Positions 1-13,875 of a stretch of 64,000 bases of DNA are shown piece after piece (position 1 is the first letter of the stretch; every line of letters starts with the position of its first letter). The stretch is taken from assembly GCA_010015585.1 (NCBI GenBank), contig ML975157.1; one strand, given 5' to 3'. The notes beneath the pieces are model-generated. The model was not told the DNA's origin. It did no database searches and was given only the letters and a program-made list of their open reading frames with translations. This DNA is from Eremomyces bilateralis CBS 781.70. Its lineage: Eukaryota. The position numbers were made by a program, and so were the translations under genes.

Positions 1-1723
1 TATCACTCCAGTTACCATTCCACCATCGTCCCAGGGACACGGCTTACGGCAAAGGCTGTGGTATCCGAGGATAAAGGGCGAGTACCAAAATCCCACGCCG
101 CATAAACGAAACGCTGGTATTCCCGTGGGATGAAGCGCCGTGCCAGATTCACGAGCAGCGCAGCTCAAACAAAGTTCTATTCGTGACGCAGGACTTCTCA
201 CAGAAATCCCTCCTGAAAAGGGGCTTAGATAAGAAGACGCGGGTGGAGCCTGGTCATCACATGACACTCCGTGAAGGAATACATCATCAGCAAATTCGCC
301 AGCCGAATTGTCGAAGAGACAAGATCTCTCTATGCGGTGTAAATGGGCTAAAGACATGGATCGGTGACTGTGCACCGCCCATTCATATCTTCGCTTAATC
401 ACCGAATAAGGAGCCGCGTCATCGAGACGTTGTACCTCATGTAGGAAGAGTTGGGTAGTCGACAGTGGCGCAAGCTGGGTGCCGTGTCATGCAATCTTCG
501 GGTCGCATTGCTGGCTACTACCATCTGAGTGTCTGTAATCTAGAACGGCCTAGCGCTAGAAAGAAGTGCTCATTGACAGTTGTACTGAGAGGATTCACTT
601 CGAATCTGGAGCGGAGTCCGCTCGAAGAGTCGTGGATAGGGTACTGATATAACCATCCTGATTCAGGCAGCTTCTTCATCCGAATATTCTGGCGATCCAG
701 ATACGCGCAGCATCCGGATAGAGCGGAATCTTGCAGGATCCAGTCATATCCACTGATTTTTTTATTGGAAGGGCAGCCACGTCGTATAATGGACAGGTCT
801 CACGACTGCCGCAATGACGAGCGAGGCGCCTTCCAAAGGGGCAGCTGGAGACTTCGCACAATACACAGCCTTTATTTCCGTTTCGCCGTGGACCGTGGTT
901 TGATTGCGACTCATGAGACGTACTGTCGCTGGCGATAAGGGGGTGCGGCAGGATGCGGCATGCATTAATTTTAGTAATTGGAGCCCGACGTGGCCCAACA
1001 TGAATCCGGATGGAGGTCATATGTTCAGTTGCGGCCAGTTCATATAACATTGCGCCTCCAGAATCCAGGGTAGAGAAGATCGGATATGTTGATAATACGT
1101 GAATGGACCACAGCGGTGGACCGTGGCGTGGCAGAGCAGCCGGATATCTGAGGGACAAAACGCAAGCCCGACGTGGAATTGCCCTGTATCAAGGAGAACC
1201 GGTAAACCAGGCCAGATTGCGCTGATCGTGTTGCCGAAGGGGAGGACAGCTCCAGCGTTGAGGGTGCCGTGCGTGGTCAAAAAGGTAGTCAGTAAGAGAG
1301 TGAGTATTTGCGGCCACCCAGGCCATTTCAGCATTCGTCAAGCGCCTCCCCTCGAGTCCGTGCTAAAGGAGCAGCGGTATCGTGAGAGAAATCGGGGAAA
1401 GGGAAATGCGTGGGCTGGCTCCGAACAAGACATTCGTATCCAAAGGCGAAGCCGACTATTGTACCGACGGTTGGCTCTGGAGGGTCCCATAATGCCTTCG
1501 AAAAGCGGGGTTGAAGCCGGCGGTTCCAGTTAGGCCAGGAAGTGGTGATAGATCTGGAAAAGAAGGGTGTGGGAGCGGTAGGGAGGACGGCGCATTTATG
1601 TAGGAAAATGACTAGAACGAGGTGGGGTCGACGGGGGATGGGCAGCTGAGAAACGATGGCGCAGAGATAGCGCTAAGTCAGAGGCGGTTCGACGAGCCCC
1701 CTAAACCCAAAGAGGCAGCGTAC

Positions 1724-3094
1724 CTAAAGTCCTGGACAGATTTTACGATAGTACCGTAGATACTCTCCCAGAGTGCCCATGACATTATTCCTCGGAGTCG
1801 TCGCGGTATTGCGAGGTAGTTGAAGCGGGCCCCGGACTTCGATTTGGATGGTAGCCGACGGAACCCCCATCGGTTCGAGACGAACCGATATGTCCGCTGA
1901 CTGGTTCGGAGTGTCGGACGTGGTGGAGTGGGCTTGCTCTCCATGTCCTATGGAATGGGGAATTGCAGTGGAAGCCTTGAGTTTGGAGATAGAGGCTGGG
2001 GTGGAGGTTGAGGCTGAGATTGTAGTCTTGTTGACGAAACGCCTTCGTGGCTTGGACTTTGTCGCCGCCTTTAGAATGCCACATGAGCGGGCATGCCGTT
2101 TGCCCGCGAGCGATGTCGCGAATCAGAATGCGGGGCGTTCGTCTTGGCCGAATCCGCTGTCGCTATCATTGCCGCTGCTGCTGTAACCACTCAACTCTTG
2201 CTCGCCAAAATCCTCAGTGTCGAGCCTGTCAGTAGGCGAAGAGCGACGAAACTGAATAGATCGACTGCTGCTGCCATCATCACCGACATCTTCGTTGCTC
2301 TTTCTGTCGTGGAAGACTTGAACCGACACGCTTCATTGCATCTAGGCTGGTGATGAATCGTCATGACTAGTCGACTAGTGCCGCCTTAATGACGGGATTC
2401 CGAAAGCTGCTCGGCTGGACCGTCTTCGACTGAAGCAGATCTCTTTCCGGGCGGTGGTGGATCAGGGGAGTTGTTTGCAGTGGATGTCCGATCTGCACAA
2501 CTGTTGAGGGGGGTATTCGGTTCAGTCATCTGGCTTGCTTGAAGCAGATCGTCCTATACCTACAATAAGCTTTTGTCCAGGGATGCTAGATTTTGGTGAC
2601 TTACCTGCGCCAGCTGTTTTGATACCATCACCTGGATTCCTACCATCTAAGCCGCTCACGGACGTTGATATAATAGGCTTCGACAGCGCACCTAGATTGC
2701 CTTTGGCTTGGTCCGTAGTCTTGGCTCGCATTGCACCCTGGTCGGGATTCTTAACTGCTGGCGTGTTGCGCTTCAACAGCTCCTGGTGCGAAGGCAGATA
2801 GTCATCCGAATCAGAACCATAATCATTGGCTTCGCTCTCCTCGAGAACGATTGGTGTCGCAGGTAGAAATTGGCCCAGGGGTCTCATTCATCCATGCCGG
2901 ACTGGAAAGTTACTTTTGGAGGCTTATTGTTCGTTCCCGTTATTATCTTTACCGTGCTGTTCATCCCCCGACCTCGACTCGGTCAGGGTGTTGGAGAGGT
3001 CGCAGTGTTCTCTGCCGTCGCCCCCTTTGTTTCCTCGTTTCTCAGCGGCCGTTCTGCTACGAAGTCGTACGTTACTTGAAAGCTCCCCTTCCAT
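1724..3094 (-). pseudogene. Probable decayed gene encoding a long S/T/D-rich disordered protein
   Basis: Track ORFs 2924-3385, 2522-2887 and 2123-2329, plus an unlisted open stretch 1724-2122, share one minus-strand frame. They are separated by stops and an apparent frameshifted segment near 2330-2520. Confidence 0.4.
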
Positions 3095-5397
3095 ACGATA
3101 AACTTTAGCCGTAAAGTCGACGGCATATTCATTTACGGAAATATTTTCTGGACGAGGCTTTGATCCACGCGGCTTTCGCTCCGGCGGGTGGGTATAATAG
3201 TTGAAAGAGATTGGTGCTGGTGAAAATAGGTGCCGTTGTGGTGGGTTATCTTGGTGACATCGGTCGAGACTTCGCGTCACTGCTGTAGCTGCGAAGTGAG
3301 GGGGACCGGAGAGCATAAAATCTGAGAGGGGTGACAATAGCTGAATTACTGCTTGGCGGAATCGCTTCATAGCGGGTAGGTACATGTACCCGCGGACTGC
3401 TACGTGCAGGGAGCCCTATATCAAGGGTCCCTGGAATTTGACCTTCATGATACGGTTAAAGTTGACAGAAATCTCGTGTCTCTAGCTCATTTGTCTGACA
3501 CTGTATTATGGCATCATATTGCATCAATGCGAGCGCGGATCTTTGAACAGCTAAACACTCCCTAGCAGTTCCACTCGTGGATGTCTGGATCAGATCGAAG
3601 ACCAAGTTGCGGTGAAAGACTTGACATATTGAGTGATACCGTCTCAAACACCGGCTTCACATGACATTGAACGCAATCATAGCCTCGACAAATGGAGTGT
3701 GAGCGTTGAACTTCCATTTGAATCCGATGATGCAAATTGCGTGACACGACATACTAATTAGAACTGGGGGGTTGTCGCTGATGTATATCGGATGTTTCCA
3801 CCGGACAAGTATGTGGGTGAGAAGGGGACTTAATGACAACAGAATGAAGGATTGGACGGCATAGAATTACAAAACTGGCCTTGTATGACTGACTTCGCTG
3901 GACTGAGACTTGCTACATGTCGGGCCAGAAGAGAAATAAATCGAGTCTAACAGAGGTGACGAAAGGAGACGTGTCGTTTGGTTCAAACGGGGACAGGCGG
4001 TCAAGTAGCTGTGATCATAGCGCCAAAGACGCAGGCATGATCGCTGGGCTATGAAGAATGAGGCGGCAGGAACCATTTGGTTAAGAATAGATGGTGACGG
4101 GGGACCGTTTTCGCTTGCATGTCTAGAAGTGGACCCTTGCCGCCCTCAAGAGACAAGAATCGAGGGTGTGATGTTGAGGCTCTACCCTAAGGATGCTGCA
4201 GTCATTTCCACACTGACCGAATGTCCTACCTGAGTGAATGTAGAAAGTGAAAACTGCTGGCTCTAATTATTCCCCTGAAATGTTTGTTTCGATTGCATAA
4301 ATCGATGCCAATTTCTTCGGTTAAGAAAGCGGCCGGTGGATGGACCACAGCATGGGCGGATATCTTCGCATCCTGACGCGTAGCACCGGTAAGAGAATAG
4401 TATTCCGCTGGGAGAACGGTCAATCCAGAGAATGGAGCTGTGTGATTGACTCGGAAAAAGCACGCGGGCCCAAAACGGGTGGGAAAAGTCTAGTGGAAAT
4501 CTCCGCAGTTCTGGAAAATGTCTTACCGCCGGCCTTGGGCGTCGAACGGTCGACAGGATCTTGTGTTGGTATTCGGGACTGGCCATAGAGCGGCAAAGTT
4601 GAACTGAGCCTTTGTCACTAGTGAGACAAGTGACATCGATGCCATGCTGCTGCTTGTTAACCACGGTGCCGGGTTTGCCTATGAGCCTTGTTGCATTGGT
4701 GTGGTAGTTAATACGTCCGAACGGGCCTTGTTCAGACCGATCGACGCACCCAATGAAATCTATAACATGAATCATTTGTCTCCTAACTCCTCTTTACACC
4801 CATCCTCTTCTCCCTCTTGCAAGCAAAGTTGTGGCCGTCCGCAGTTTCAACTAGGAACGCCGCTAACATTTTCCTCGGCTCCATTACTTGAACGTCTCTC
4901 GCAGGAAGTGTCCTATTGGAGCCGCAAGGGGCAACATTTCCTCGGGGATGGTGGGCGATCGCTCGCTATCCTTGGTCCACGTCGGCGCCTCGAAACACCA
5001 CGGAACCGCCGGAGAGAATTAGCATCGGCAATATCCTCAACTGTTGCACGTCCCTGGTTGACAACGTGAGAGTGTTTCGTAATATTAAAGAGTCGCTTGT
5101 TCCCGGTCGTGGCCATCTTGGTAAGATTTCGAATCTCATGAGCAGCGCTCCCCCGGTGACGATATTGGCTCTAACTCAAGCACCAGGAACCATCCGAACA
5201 GGGTATCCCAAAGCCCCAGTTGACGCTTTGAATACCGTCGCGATCACGTGCAGTCCATTCCTTTCGACAGAACAAGGCGCACGGGATTGTCGTGGTTTCA
5301 TGGAGCTTGGTGATCGAGCGGGGCCGCGGACGTGCCAACCAGCGAACCTACCACCTCCCCCATTGAGACTCGTATTTGGGAAATCGTGATCAAAACC

Positions 5398-6339
5398 ATG
5401 GCACCCAGGAATCCCAGCTCTTCAGACAGGATCGACGATTCCTTGTCCGACCACCAGCTCCGCCAGCGTCGACAAAACCGAAGGCTTGACATTTATCCAA
5501 GCTCTTTACCGCATGAGGCTTACTTGCGGAACCGCGAGCTAGACGATTCTGAATCACTCATCGTACATTTTGATGAGAATGATCTAGCCGGGATCGACAG
5601 ACCACCCGATCACGAACGGGAAGGCCCGCTCCTAGTGAGAACCCCCACCAGTTCGAGCACAGATCCGTCCGCACCGTCGCAAACGGACTCGTCGAACATG
5701 TCTGCAGTGCTGTCTGCTTCCGATCAAGATACCGCTCCGACTACAGACATTTGGGGGTCGGCTTCAGCTATTTCAGAGCCGGCTTCAGACGCTGAAGTCC
5801 TTTCAATCTGCCCATTTTGGTTCCTGGGCTGCTTGCGGTGCCAATTTGACAACCTCTTGCAGTGCTTCTTGCATTCACTAGTGCACTTCCGCGAGCCAGG
5901 GACATTAAATCCCAGTCCGGACACCAGACACGTCTATATGGAAAACATCGAGTGTAATCCACACACCATGCACCTCGTCCAACCCCCCAACCGAGTATCC
6001 TGCCCTTTTCGAGACTGCAACTGGACAGAAAGCAGGATTTATGGCGATGAGTCGAACAACCTCTCGGTCGAAGACGACTGGGCTCATTGGCGAGCCAGAT
6101 TGGAGCACATCGAAGCTCACTTGAGGAATGGGAACAACCTGCAGCTGAATGGCAAACCCGAGTATGATCTCGCTCACTTCCTCCACAACAACAACTTGAT
6201 CACTCGCGTCAAGTTCCGCGACTTATACGAGGACTGGAACATGACTCGATCCCCCTCGATGCAGTCTAATGTTCGAGTCCACGGTGGTGAGGCGGAAAAG
6301 AGACTCCGCCGCAGAGGGAGGGAAACCGTGCCGCAATAA
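5398..6339 (+). CDS. Uncharacterised fungal protein with two C2H2-like zinc-binding motifs
   Basis: Uninterrupted ORF from ATG 5398 with an S/D-rich N-terminus, then CPFWFLGC..HSLVHF and CPFRDC..LEHIEAH motifs. Confidence 0.75.
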   Translation: MAPRNPSSSDRIDDSLSDHQLRQRRQNRRLDIYPSSLPHEAYLRNRELDDSESLIVHFDENDLAGIDRPPDHEREGPLLVRTPTSSSTDPSAPSQTDSSNMSAVLSASDQDTAPTTDIWGSASAISEPASDAEVLSICPFWFLGCLRCQFDNLLQCFLHSLVHFREPGTLNPSPDTRHVYMENIECNPHTMHLVQPPNRVSCPFRDCNWTESRIYGDESNNLSVEDDWAHWRARLEHIEAHLRNGNNLQLNGKPEYDLAHFLHNNNLITRVKFRDLYEDWNMTRSPSMQSNVRVHGGEAEKRLRRRGRETVPQ

Positions 6340-6971
6340 AAGAAGGCGCCGTATACCTCATCATGCTTCGAAGTATACGGCTTAGGTTGCGACCTGGATG
6401 GTACGGCATCTCGAACTTCGGAAATGTGCACTGTCGATTCAGGTCAAGTTTCGCAGACTCTTGAAAGACACATTTTGAAGGCGCCTGTTGGGCGTTTCGT
6501 CGGCGTTCCCCTTTAACCAAGACATCAACTTTCTGTTCCCATAACCGATGGTCATGGCATTTTCAAGGTCACCAGGAGATTGAAATAGAGTTCCGGATTC
6601 GGTGGGACCGAACCAAATTAGTGCCACCGGGTCGACGCGCTTTCCCCTCCCACCCTTCAGTTGTGTTCGTCTAAACCAACCTGCTGGATTTTCAGACAAA
6701 CGGACCCAACTCATCGCCAAAGAATTGGAGTCAGAATCGAACCCGTGTTTTTGTCCCCTATCACCACTAAACAGGCGATGCCTGATATCCGACGATCTTT
6801 TCGAACCTCGGCAGCCATATGAATGTTATGAGCATGGCCGCGAAATTTCCCAAGACCACCAGTATCTAGACTGAAACCGATCCAAACTTTTTCAGCGATG
6901 TCCACACCAATTCGCTCGGAAGGTCTTGCGTCCAAAAAGATCTTCTTTCTTCCGATTCCCTGCTTTCGATA

Positions 6972-7277
6972 TATGGTGCTTTTCCCTTCTCTTCTCTGGA
7001 ATCCCTGATGCTCTTAGTAGGCAGCATGCTGCTTCCTTCCTTCCTCTGTTCGTGTGTGGTTTCATGTGGTTTGTATATTTGTAAAATAAAATTCAGACTC
7101 GATTCCGTTCACTCGTTGCGGTTATGGTGCCGTTCCCTTCTCCTCTCAAAAATCCTTGATGCTCTTAGCAGGCAGAATGCTGCTTCCTTCTCTATTCGTG
7201 TGTGTAGTTTCATATTGCTTGTATATTGTTTGTAGTAAACAAAATTCAGGTTCGATTTCGTTCACTCGTGGCGGTTC
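6972..7277. repeat. Diverged direct tandem duplication, two copies, period about 151 bp
   Basis: Units starting TATGGTGC at 6972 and 7123 share the blocks GATGCTCTTAG, TGCTGCTTCCTTC, TTGTATATT, AAAATTCAG and GTTCACTCGT. Confidence 0.85.
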
Positions 7278-9378
7278 CGCACCGTTGTCGGAATCATGAA
7301 GGGACTGCGGTTCCCGGTGTCCCCCACGCTTCACCCCATCTTAAAAAAGAACATTAAGACACATTTGGCCGGTCAAGGTCCACTCGTTGAATGCTGAAAG
7401 ATATCCGGCCGCTTTGGGGAGCCGCCTTTCATATCGGTAGCATGAGGTGGTCGGTATTCCATGTTGCGGAGCATCTCGACGGGTCTCCAGAATGCATACA
7501 GTTGGAAATTTCGGAAAACGAGCTGCTCCAGGAGAGTTTAGGGTGGATGCTGTCAATATTGTGCAGCAATGTGCCGTAGGGAGTCGAGGGATCGTGTAAG
7601 AGGTAGGAAAGGGATGAGGAATGTGGAGATTGGGGTTATAACCGACAATGGGCAGAAAATGTATTGACGATATTAGAATGTATTTCGCCTTTTTGGAAGT
7701 TAGGACATCAGATTTCTCTAGTTATACCTTTCAGTATCGCCTCACCCGTAGCAAAATAATGGTGTCATCACAGGTGTGTGCAACATGAGAGAATCAAGGA
7801 TGACACCGAAAGTCTGGAATCTCCGGGTAGATCGTCGGAGGCGAAAAATATCAAACACACTGACTCGCGTCCCCTGACTGTAACCTGAAAGAAGAAAAAA
7901 TCAATAACTCTTTGCCATCACAATCAACGAACACGCCCCCACAAGCGACATATCACACTTCGTATCCTTCGAAGATATACCACTCGACGGGTGGTGGCCG
8001 CCTCTTAGGCCGCATGGATAATAGGTATAAAACGAGAATCTAAATCTTTCGATGCAACTGGCGTTTGGGCTCTAACATCTCAACTTCAATCCTTCGTCAG
8101 GCGTTCCATTCTTTTAAACAGTCTTTCTTTCTTCAGGTTGCGAGTTGCGTTTCAAATCCCCTCTTCATAAAGTCAAAGAAGAGTTCCGCGCTGGCTAGAC
8201 GAAGAAATATCGGGGATTATTGACAGAGCCATAACGAACGTGTCTTATATCTCCACGGGGCATTCAAGATGGCATCCACGCCCTTATCTCCCGGGAGACA
8301 GCTGTTTATTCTATGAATGCCTTGGGAGCTCCGCAGGTTTCGTCGCGTCTTCTCAGGAAGCAAGGTAACGGATCCAGGTCATGTGGTATTCTTGTGCCGG
8401 TGTGGACCATGTTGCTGGACATCGTTTCATTTATCACGCCCTATATTCCGCAAAGAGCATGCAGTTCTGCCATTACGTTCCCTCCGAACCCGGGCGTATC
8501 CACCGTTCCAGCCTTATTGTCTGGCGTAGATTTACCAATGAGTTACAGTCTAGGCTATGTACATGAGTAAAATAAATCTCACAACCAGCTGGAGAATTGG
8601 ATTATCAGCAAGCCAGAGCTAGTTAGGCATCACTTCGTCTCCTTCAAGCACCTTATCTGCTATTATTGCCCAATGCTCGACGTCCACGAACCCAAACACA
8701 TTTGGTGACGTGCACCAGTTCTTCACTGGTCCGCCCAGCTCAGGTCTGGTCTCATAGGTTGCTGTCCGAGAAGCACTATGCCCTCGCCCTGTTTTACCAA
8801 CCCATGCTTAACAGGTTGTCCAGTCACTATCACATCACATTTCCACAAGGGTTCTGTTCACATCAACCAACTTGTTGGCTGTGGCTTGAAATCCGAGGCG
8901 ATGCTGATTCTCCTTTTACTCTCCGTTGTTGTTTCAGCGCCCAATCATGTTGGCAAATGAAAGTGGCCAATAGTTGAAGCTGCTCTTGGTTTGACCTTGC
9001 ACCAGACGCACTAGATGCCCTGGGGCAAGGTGAGCCTTGAGTCAACCTTGACTGTATAGTCGTTTCCGCGTCTACGATATGGTTTAGTTGCAGTCTTGGG
9101 GTCCTGTGCGATACCACGATCTAAGCAGAATATCATGTCCCATAGACCTATTCTAATGTTGTACTGACGGGGAGATATTGTGCCGAGAATACTATGGCAT
9201 GGATGCCACCAACAACCTCCCTTATCACAACCAATAAATCCCACCAGCATTTAGACTTCACTGCAAGAGCTGTATCCAACCACTAAACGCCACACCAAAC
9301 CGAACACCCGTGGTCCCCTAACGCCAAACGCATATGCCTCGTAAGATCCACGTCGCTCCATCCTCGAACCCCCCCCTC

Positions 9379-10236
9379 TCAACTCTTCAACGCCTCCAGT
9401 CGCCCCCTCATCTGCGCCAACATCTCCTCCTGATCCTCCTCCTCCCCCTCCTCCTCTACCGGCTCCTCCCGCACCGGCACGCTCGGCACCTCCTCTGGCG
9501 TCGCCTTCGCCGGCAACCGCCCCTTCAGCACCTCCGTCAACACCTTATCCACCTCCGTCTCTGCCTCCTCCTCCTCGAACTCGTCCTCCTCCGGCAGCGA
9601 ATCCCCTACCATCTCCTCGATGATCCCCGCCTTCACTAGCTCCTGACTGAGCTCCCGCATCGTCCCCGTCAGCTGCCCGAGGCTGATCAGCTGGTTGACG
9701 TCCTTCATGATCCCCGTCGATTTCTTGATCGACCCCTCGATCCGCCGGAGGGCGAACGCTTCGTTGACTTGCATTTGGACCGAGTGGAGCTGCGCTTTGG
9801 AGGTGGCGAGGCGCGCTTTCTGCCGGCGGATGCGCACCATTTCTTTGGCGAAGGTACGGGTTTCGCGTTGGGCTTGGGCGGCTTGAGAGGGATTGCGTTC
9901 GGCGCGTTTGGAGGATTGGAGGATGAAGGTCTTGGTTTTCGATCTAGTGTTGGTTGTGAGAAAGGTCGACTTTAAGATGGTAGCCCGAGCTGTGTGGACG
10001 TACTCGAGGAGGCCTAAGTTCTGTATGTCCCGATCTAGCTGGCGTGAATGTCAACCACTGGCGGCGCGTTTGGAAGGGTGAATGCGTACTTTCCGCGCGT
10101 TCTTCCGTACGAGGGCATCTGTCGTGTCGTAAGCAACCATAACATGTCGAGTCAGTACTCAGGACCATGACGCACTGCACTTCTGCCGCTGCTCCTCTGG
10201 AGTCGGCCCAAACACGAATGAGCGGATGGTTTGCAT
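9379..10236 (-). CDS. VPS24: ESCRT-III subunit Vps24/CHMP3 (Snf7 family), 4 exons
   Basis: Spliced N-terminus MQTIRSFVFGPTPEEQRQKCNALVRKNARKLDRDIQ; core SKAQLHSVQMQVNE..MRELSQELVKAGIIEEM; C-terminal MRGRLEALKS. Confidence 0.93.
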
Positions 10237-10778
10237 GACTGCGAAAGTGTTGTGGGCGGGTCCCTCTCGTTCTGAGTTGAGATACAAATGAGGGTGGGTA
10301 CGAAACGGTTAACCTGTAGTGCCAACCAAAGGGTATCACCGCGACATCTTCAAGAGGCGTATACAGTAAAGTCACGACGAACCCGGCGGGATAATATGGA
10401 ATCGCATAAGATATGACATGGATGGCTGGGCTTAGCTGCCTCTAGCGGTTGATTCCTTGATGCCTGATGTAAGAGGTCCATGTCACGTGCCACAGAACAA
10501 AGTCCCTGTTTGGTCTGGTGAAGTTCAGCAAAGCGAGAATGAGCCGTACTACGTAGTAAGGCAAACGAAGAAATGTTCTGTTATATTCATAGGTATTTTC
10601 CCGGAATTCACCATGGGCACTAATCGGTATATGTCTCCTGCACGTAAGCCCAACAGACCCGACCCATGCATTGCGTCGCATAACGCCCCGCTGCAAATAT
10701 GATTTGATGTGTTCTCCCATCAAAGTACAGACCAGACCGGACGTCCGATATCTCCATGCCACAAAAGCCCACAGCATC

Positions 10779-13700
10779 TCACTCCAACCCTTTCCTAAAC
10801 AGTCGCTTGACCCCGCCCACATTCCCTAAACTTCCAAACTCGCCACCCAAACTCGCCATCTTCGCCCGCTCCACCATCCCCTCCACCCATTCCTTCTTCT
10901 CCCCGCTCAATTCCAGCTTCTTCACAGCCGGACCCGCCAACCCCACTTCTTGTGCAGATGTGAACGGAGTGCTGGCGCTCCTTCTAGAGTTGGCGGACTG
11001 CGGTCCGACGGACGGGGTCGTCTCACGTGACCCATGATCATCCGTTCCACCCCCCGGGAAGACCTCCGTGGAGGTACCGAGCTCCTTGCTAAGTGGCGTG
11101 CCAGCCATACTCGGCTCTCGGGATTTCGGGCTGGAAGTCAACACCTCGAACCCCACCCCGCCACCGACTGACCCCTCCGCATTGTCGACTCTCGTCCGCC
11201 GACCATGGTGTTCGATGTAGTTCTGAAGATACGCCCCGAGGTCCGCCCAGCCGCCGCCGACGCGGACCATCACCCGATCGCCGATACGACGGATGTGGAG
11301 CTTGAGCGGAGGAGCGGAGGTTCCCGGCCGATGGAGGTGATAGAGGCGAATGTCGGAGTCCGAGGAACCGGAAGCGTTGGGGACTTGAACTAGCGTGGAT
11401 GGAGCGGCGGATACGGAGCGGAAAGCAGGTCGGCGATGCGAATCGCTGGGAGCGCCGACCGGTCGGAGCTTTGAAGATGGCTCGGAATCTGGTGCTGGGG
11501 AGTTTCGACCTGATTCTGGCATTAACGACGGGGAAGCTCTACCAGATCGTAAATGTGATGGGGTAATTGGGGGTTTGAGCGGGGTGGAAGCCGACCTCGA
11601 ACCACTGGTGCGTGGTCCTGGAGGTCGCTTAGCGATATTGATTGTAGAAACTTTGGCGTTGGATTTAGGTCCGATTGGAGTGGTAGGTGTTGTGGATATT
11701 CTGTCGGAGGTAGGGACGGGTTGTAGTTTAATATTACCAGATACACTGCTGAGGATATCTGATATCTGCGCGTTCAGATCCGCTTTAGAAAATACTGTCT
11801 CCGTTGGCGACGCTTGCGGAGAGGCCACATCACTAGGATTGGATATAGCCGTATTGGAATTGGAGCCGTTCCGCATTCCTTCGTTATGTTGTCGAGCTTT
11901 ATTAATCCGGAGTGCTAACGGTGGCGCCTGGGAATCTGTCTTTTGGCGTAGAGGAGAATCTTCTACTGTAGCGAATGATGCACCGACTGGGTCAGAAGCT
12001 GCTGAGCTGGCAATAGATGAGATGCTGCCTGCTCGATATCGGCTACCTTCGGTGGGCCTCAGATCATTGCTAGGCGCCCCTTCTTCTTCAGATCGATCCG
12101 GGGCCGGAGGTGGAGCGCCCTCTTGTTGGGTAGTAGGACCTCCGATGGGGTCAGACTCGGATGTACGGCGACTTTGACCGTTTGAAAGAGCGGAAGGTGA
12201 AGTTGCCGTGGAGGCTCCTTGTGAAGAGGTGTGTTGAGGCATGCCTAATATCGAGCCAGAGCTGTTGCGACGGATATTGATGCTCTTGACCTAGATAGGA
12301 CGTTAGAGGTGGATATAGGCCGGAAGGGGGAATCAACAGTACCTGAGCACGGGGAAGGGACCCAATAGATGTTACCGAAGCCCTCTTAAGTGGAAACGGA
12401 GGCCTAGAATCGGCTTTACCGCCGTCGTCATCACCTGATGGCTCCCTAACTGGCTCATGCTCAGGTAGCCGAGTACTGGATTCACCAATAGGTTCGGGTG
12501 ACGCTGGAATATCGGCAGCTTCTTGGTCAGTGTCTGTCGCACTATGGATTTTCGACGCGGCAGGTTGTTCTAGGGATGATGCACGATTAACGTCTTGGGT
12601 GGTCGCACTCTCGATCAACTCTTTGGCGCCGTCTTGTACTTGCGTTACCGCTATTTCGTCCGGCAGAATAGCAGGGCCTCCAGCCAGCATATCGTGGTGT
12701 TGTATATCGGTCGGGGACAGAGTTTCATCCGGCACAGAGCTCTGCTCAACGTCTTGTCCCTGCTGTTTTACTAACCGCATCTGCAGATCGAGCACACCAT
12801 TCCGACTCTCAACGGCCCACCGTCCATATTCAGTTTCAAGATCTTCAAAATCATCGATCCACTGGTCCGGCAGGGAGTCCTCCAACCCTTCCAGGGCATC
12901 GAGCATGTCATCCAGCTTTCGGCCTAGCGAGGTGATCTTCTGCTCTAGAACGCCCTTGATAACCGTCAACGCTTCGGCATGTTGGGTAATGGATGTATCC
13001 GTGAGGCCAGAGCTGGCAACTGGCTTGATAGCTTCCCAGCCAAGCTCCATGGCTTTCGTCGCATGGTCGAGGGACTCTAGGAACTGTGGCAGGCCTCTTA
13101 ACACGCGCAATCGGACAGACCATGTATCTAAGGATGATCGGAGTGAGTAGAGGTCGGGTAAGCATTGCATGAGAAGATGTGTCGTCAAAAGAGGCATGTC
13201 ATCCATCAATTCGAGGCGCGCGAGTTGACTCTCCGTTCGACTTGCATGGGAGTAACTGGAGGTTGGGCGTGATCGGCTTGAATAGTAGCCCAAGACGCGA
13301 TCTTTCAAGTCTTCCAGCTCGAGGCCGGAAAGTGAGCCTTGTATGTCATCGAGGCGCGTTTGATGCAGATTTATCCGGGTAAGGGTAAAGGGACCATTGT
13401 CGTTTAGGACCGTATCGAAGTTGCCCGCCTTGTTTATGCCTTCCTCTCTGGCATGTTCGTCATCCGTCTCGTCTCTCATCTTAAATGAGCCACTCCAGCC
13501 CCATTTCTGGATTTCATTGCACCATCCCCTCAACCTCTCCGCGGCCTGTGCAACGCGAATAGCCAGCTCCTTCTCCGCCGCGGTAGCTGTCCGAATCGCT
13601 ACAAGTAATCTCTCATCGGCTATCACCGGTTCTTTCTCTTGTATTTGATCAACATCGCGGTCACGAAACTCCACGGCCTGTATAGCCAGCAGTGCCTGTC

Positions 13701-13875
13701 CTGGTGACACTCTTCTTAATCCATTGACAGCCGGGTCGGCATTCTGCGCCGAATTCGTTCGGTCTCGGGATTTTGCAGGCGATATGACCACTTGAGGAGT
13801 GACGCCGGATTCGTATAAGGACGGGGACAGACGCGTCGGGTCGGTAAGATCCCAGGGACCCAAAGGACTGGACAT
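10779..13875 (-). CDS. GAS2 (GAR) domain protein, probably microtubule-associated, 2 exons
   Basis: ORFs 12151-13902 and 10779-12242 join through GT-AG intron 12291-12342. GAS2 signature VMVRVGGGWADLGAYL near the C-terminus; helical N-terminal half. Confidence 0.88.

Noticed and set aside
2366..2379. 14-bp palindrome ACTAGTCGACTAGT (also TCGATTAATCGA at 17217-17228)
   Set aside because: A few isolated palindromes of this length are expected by chance in 64 kb.
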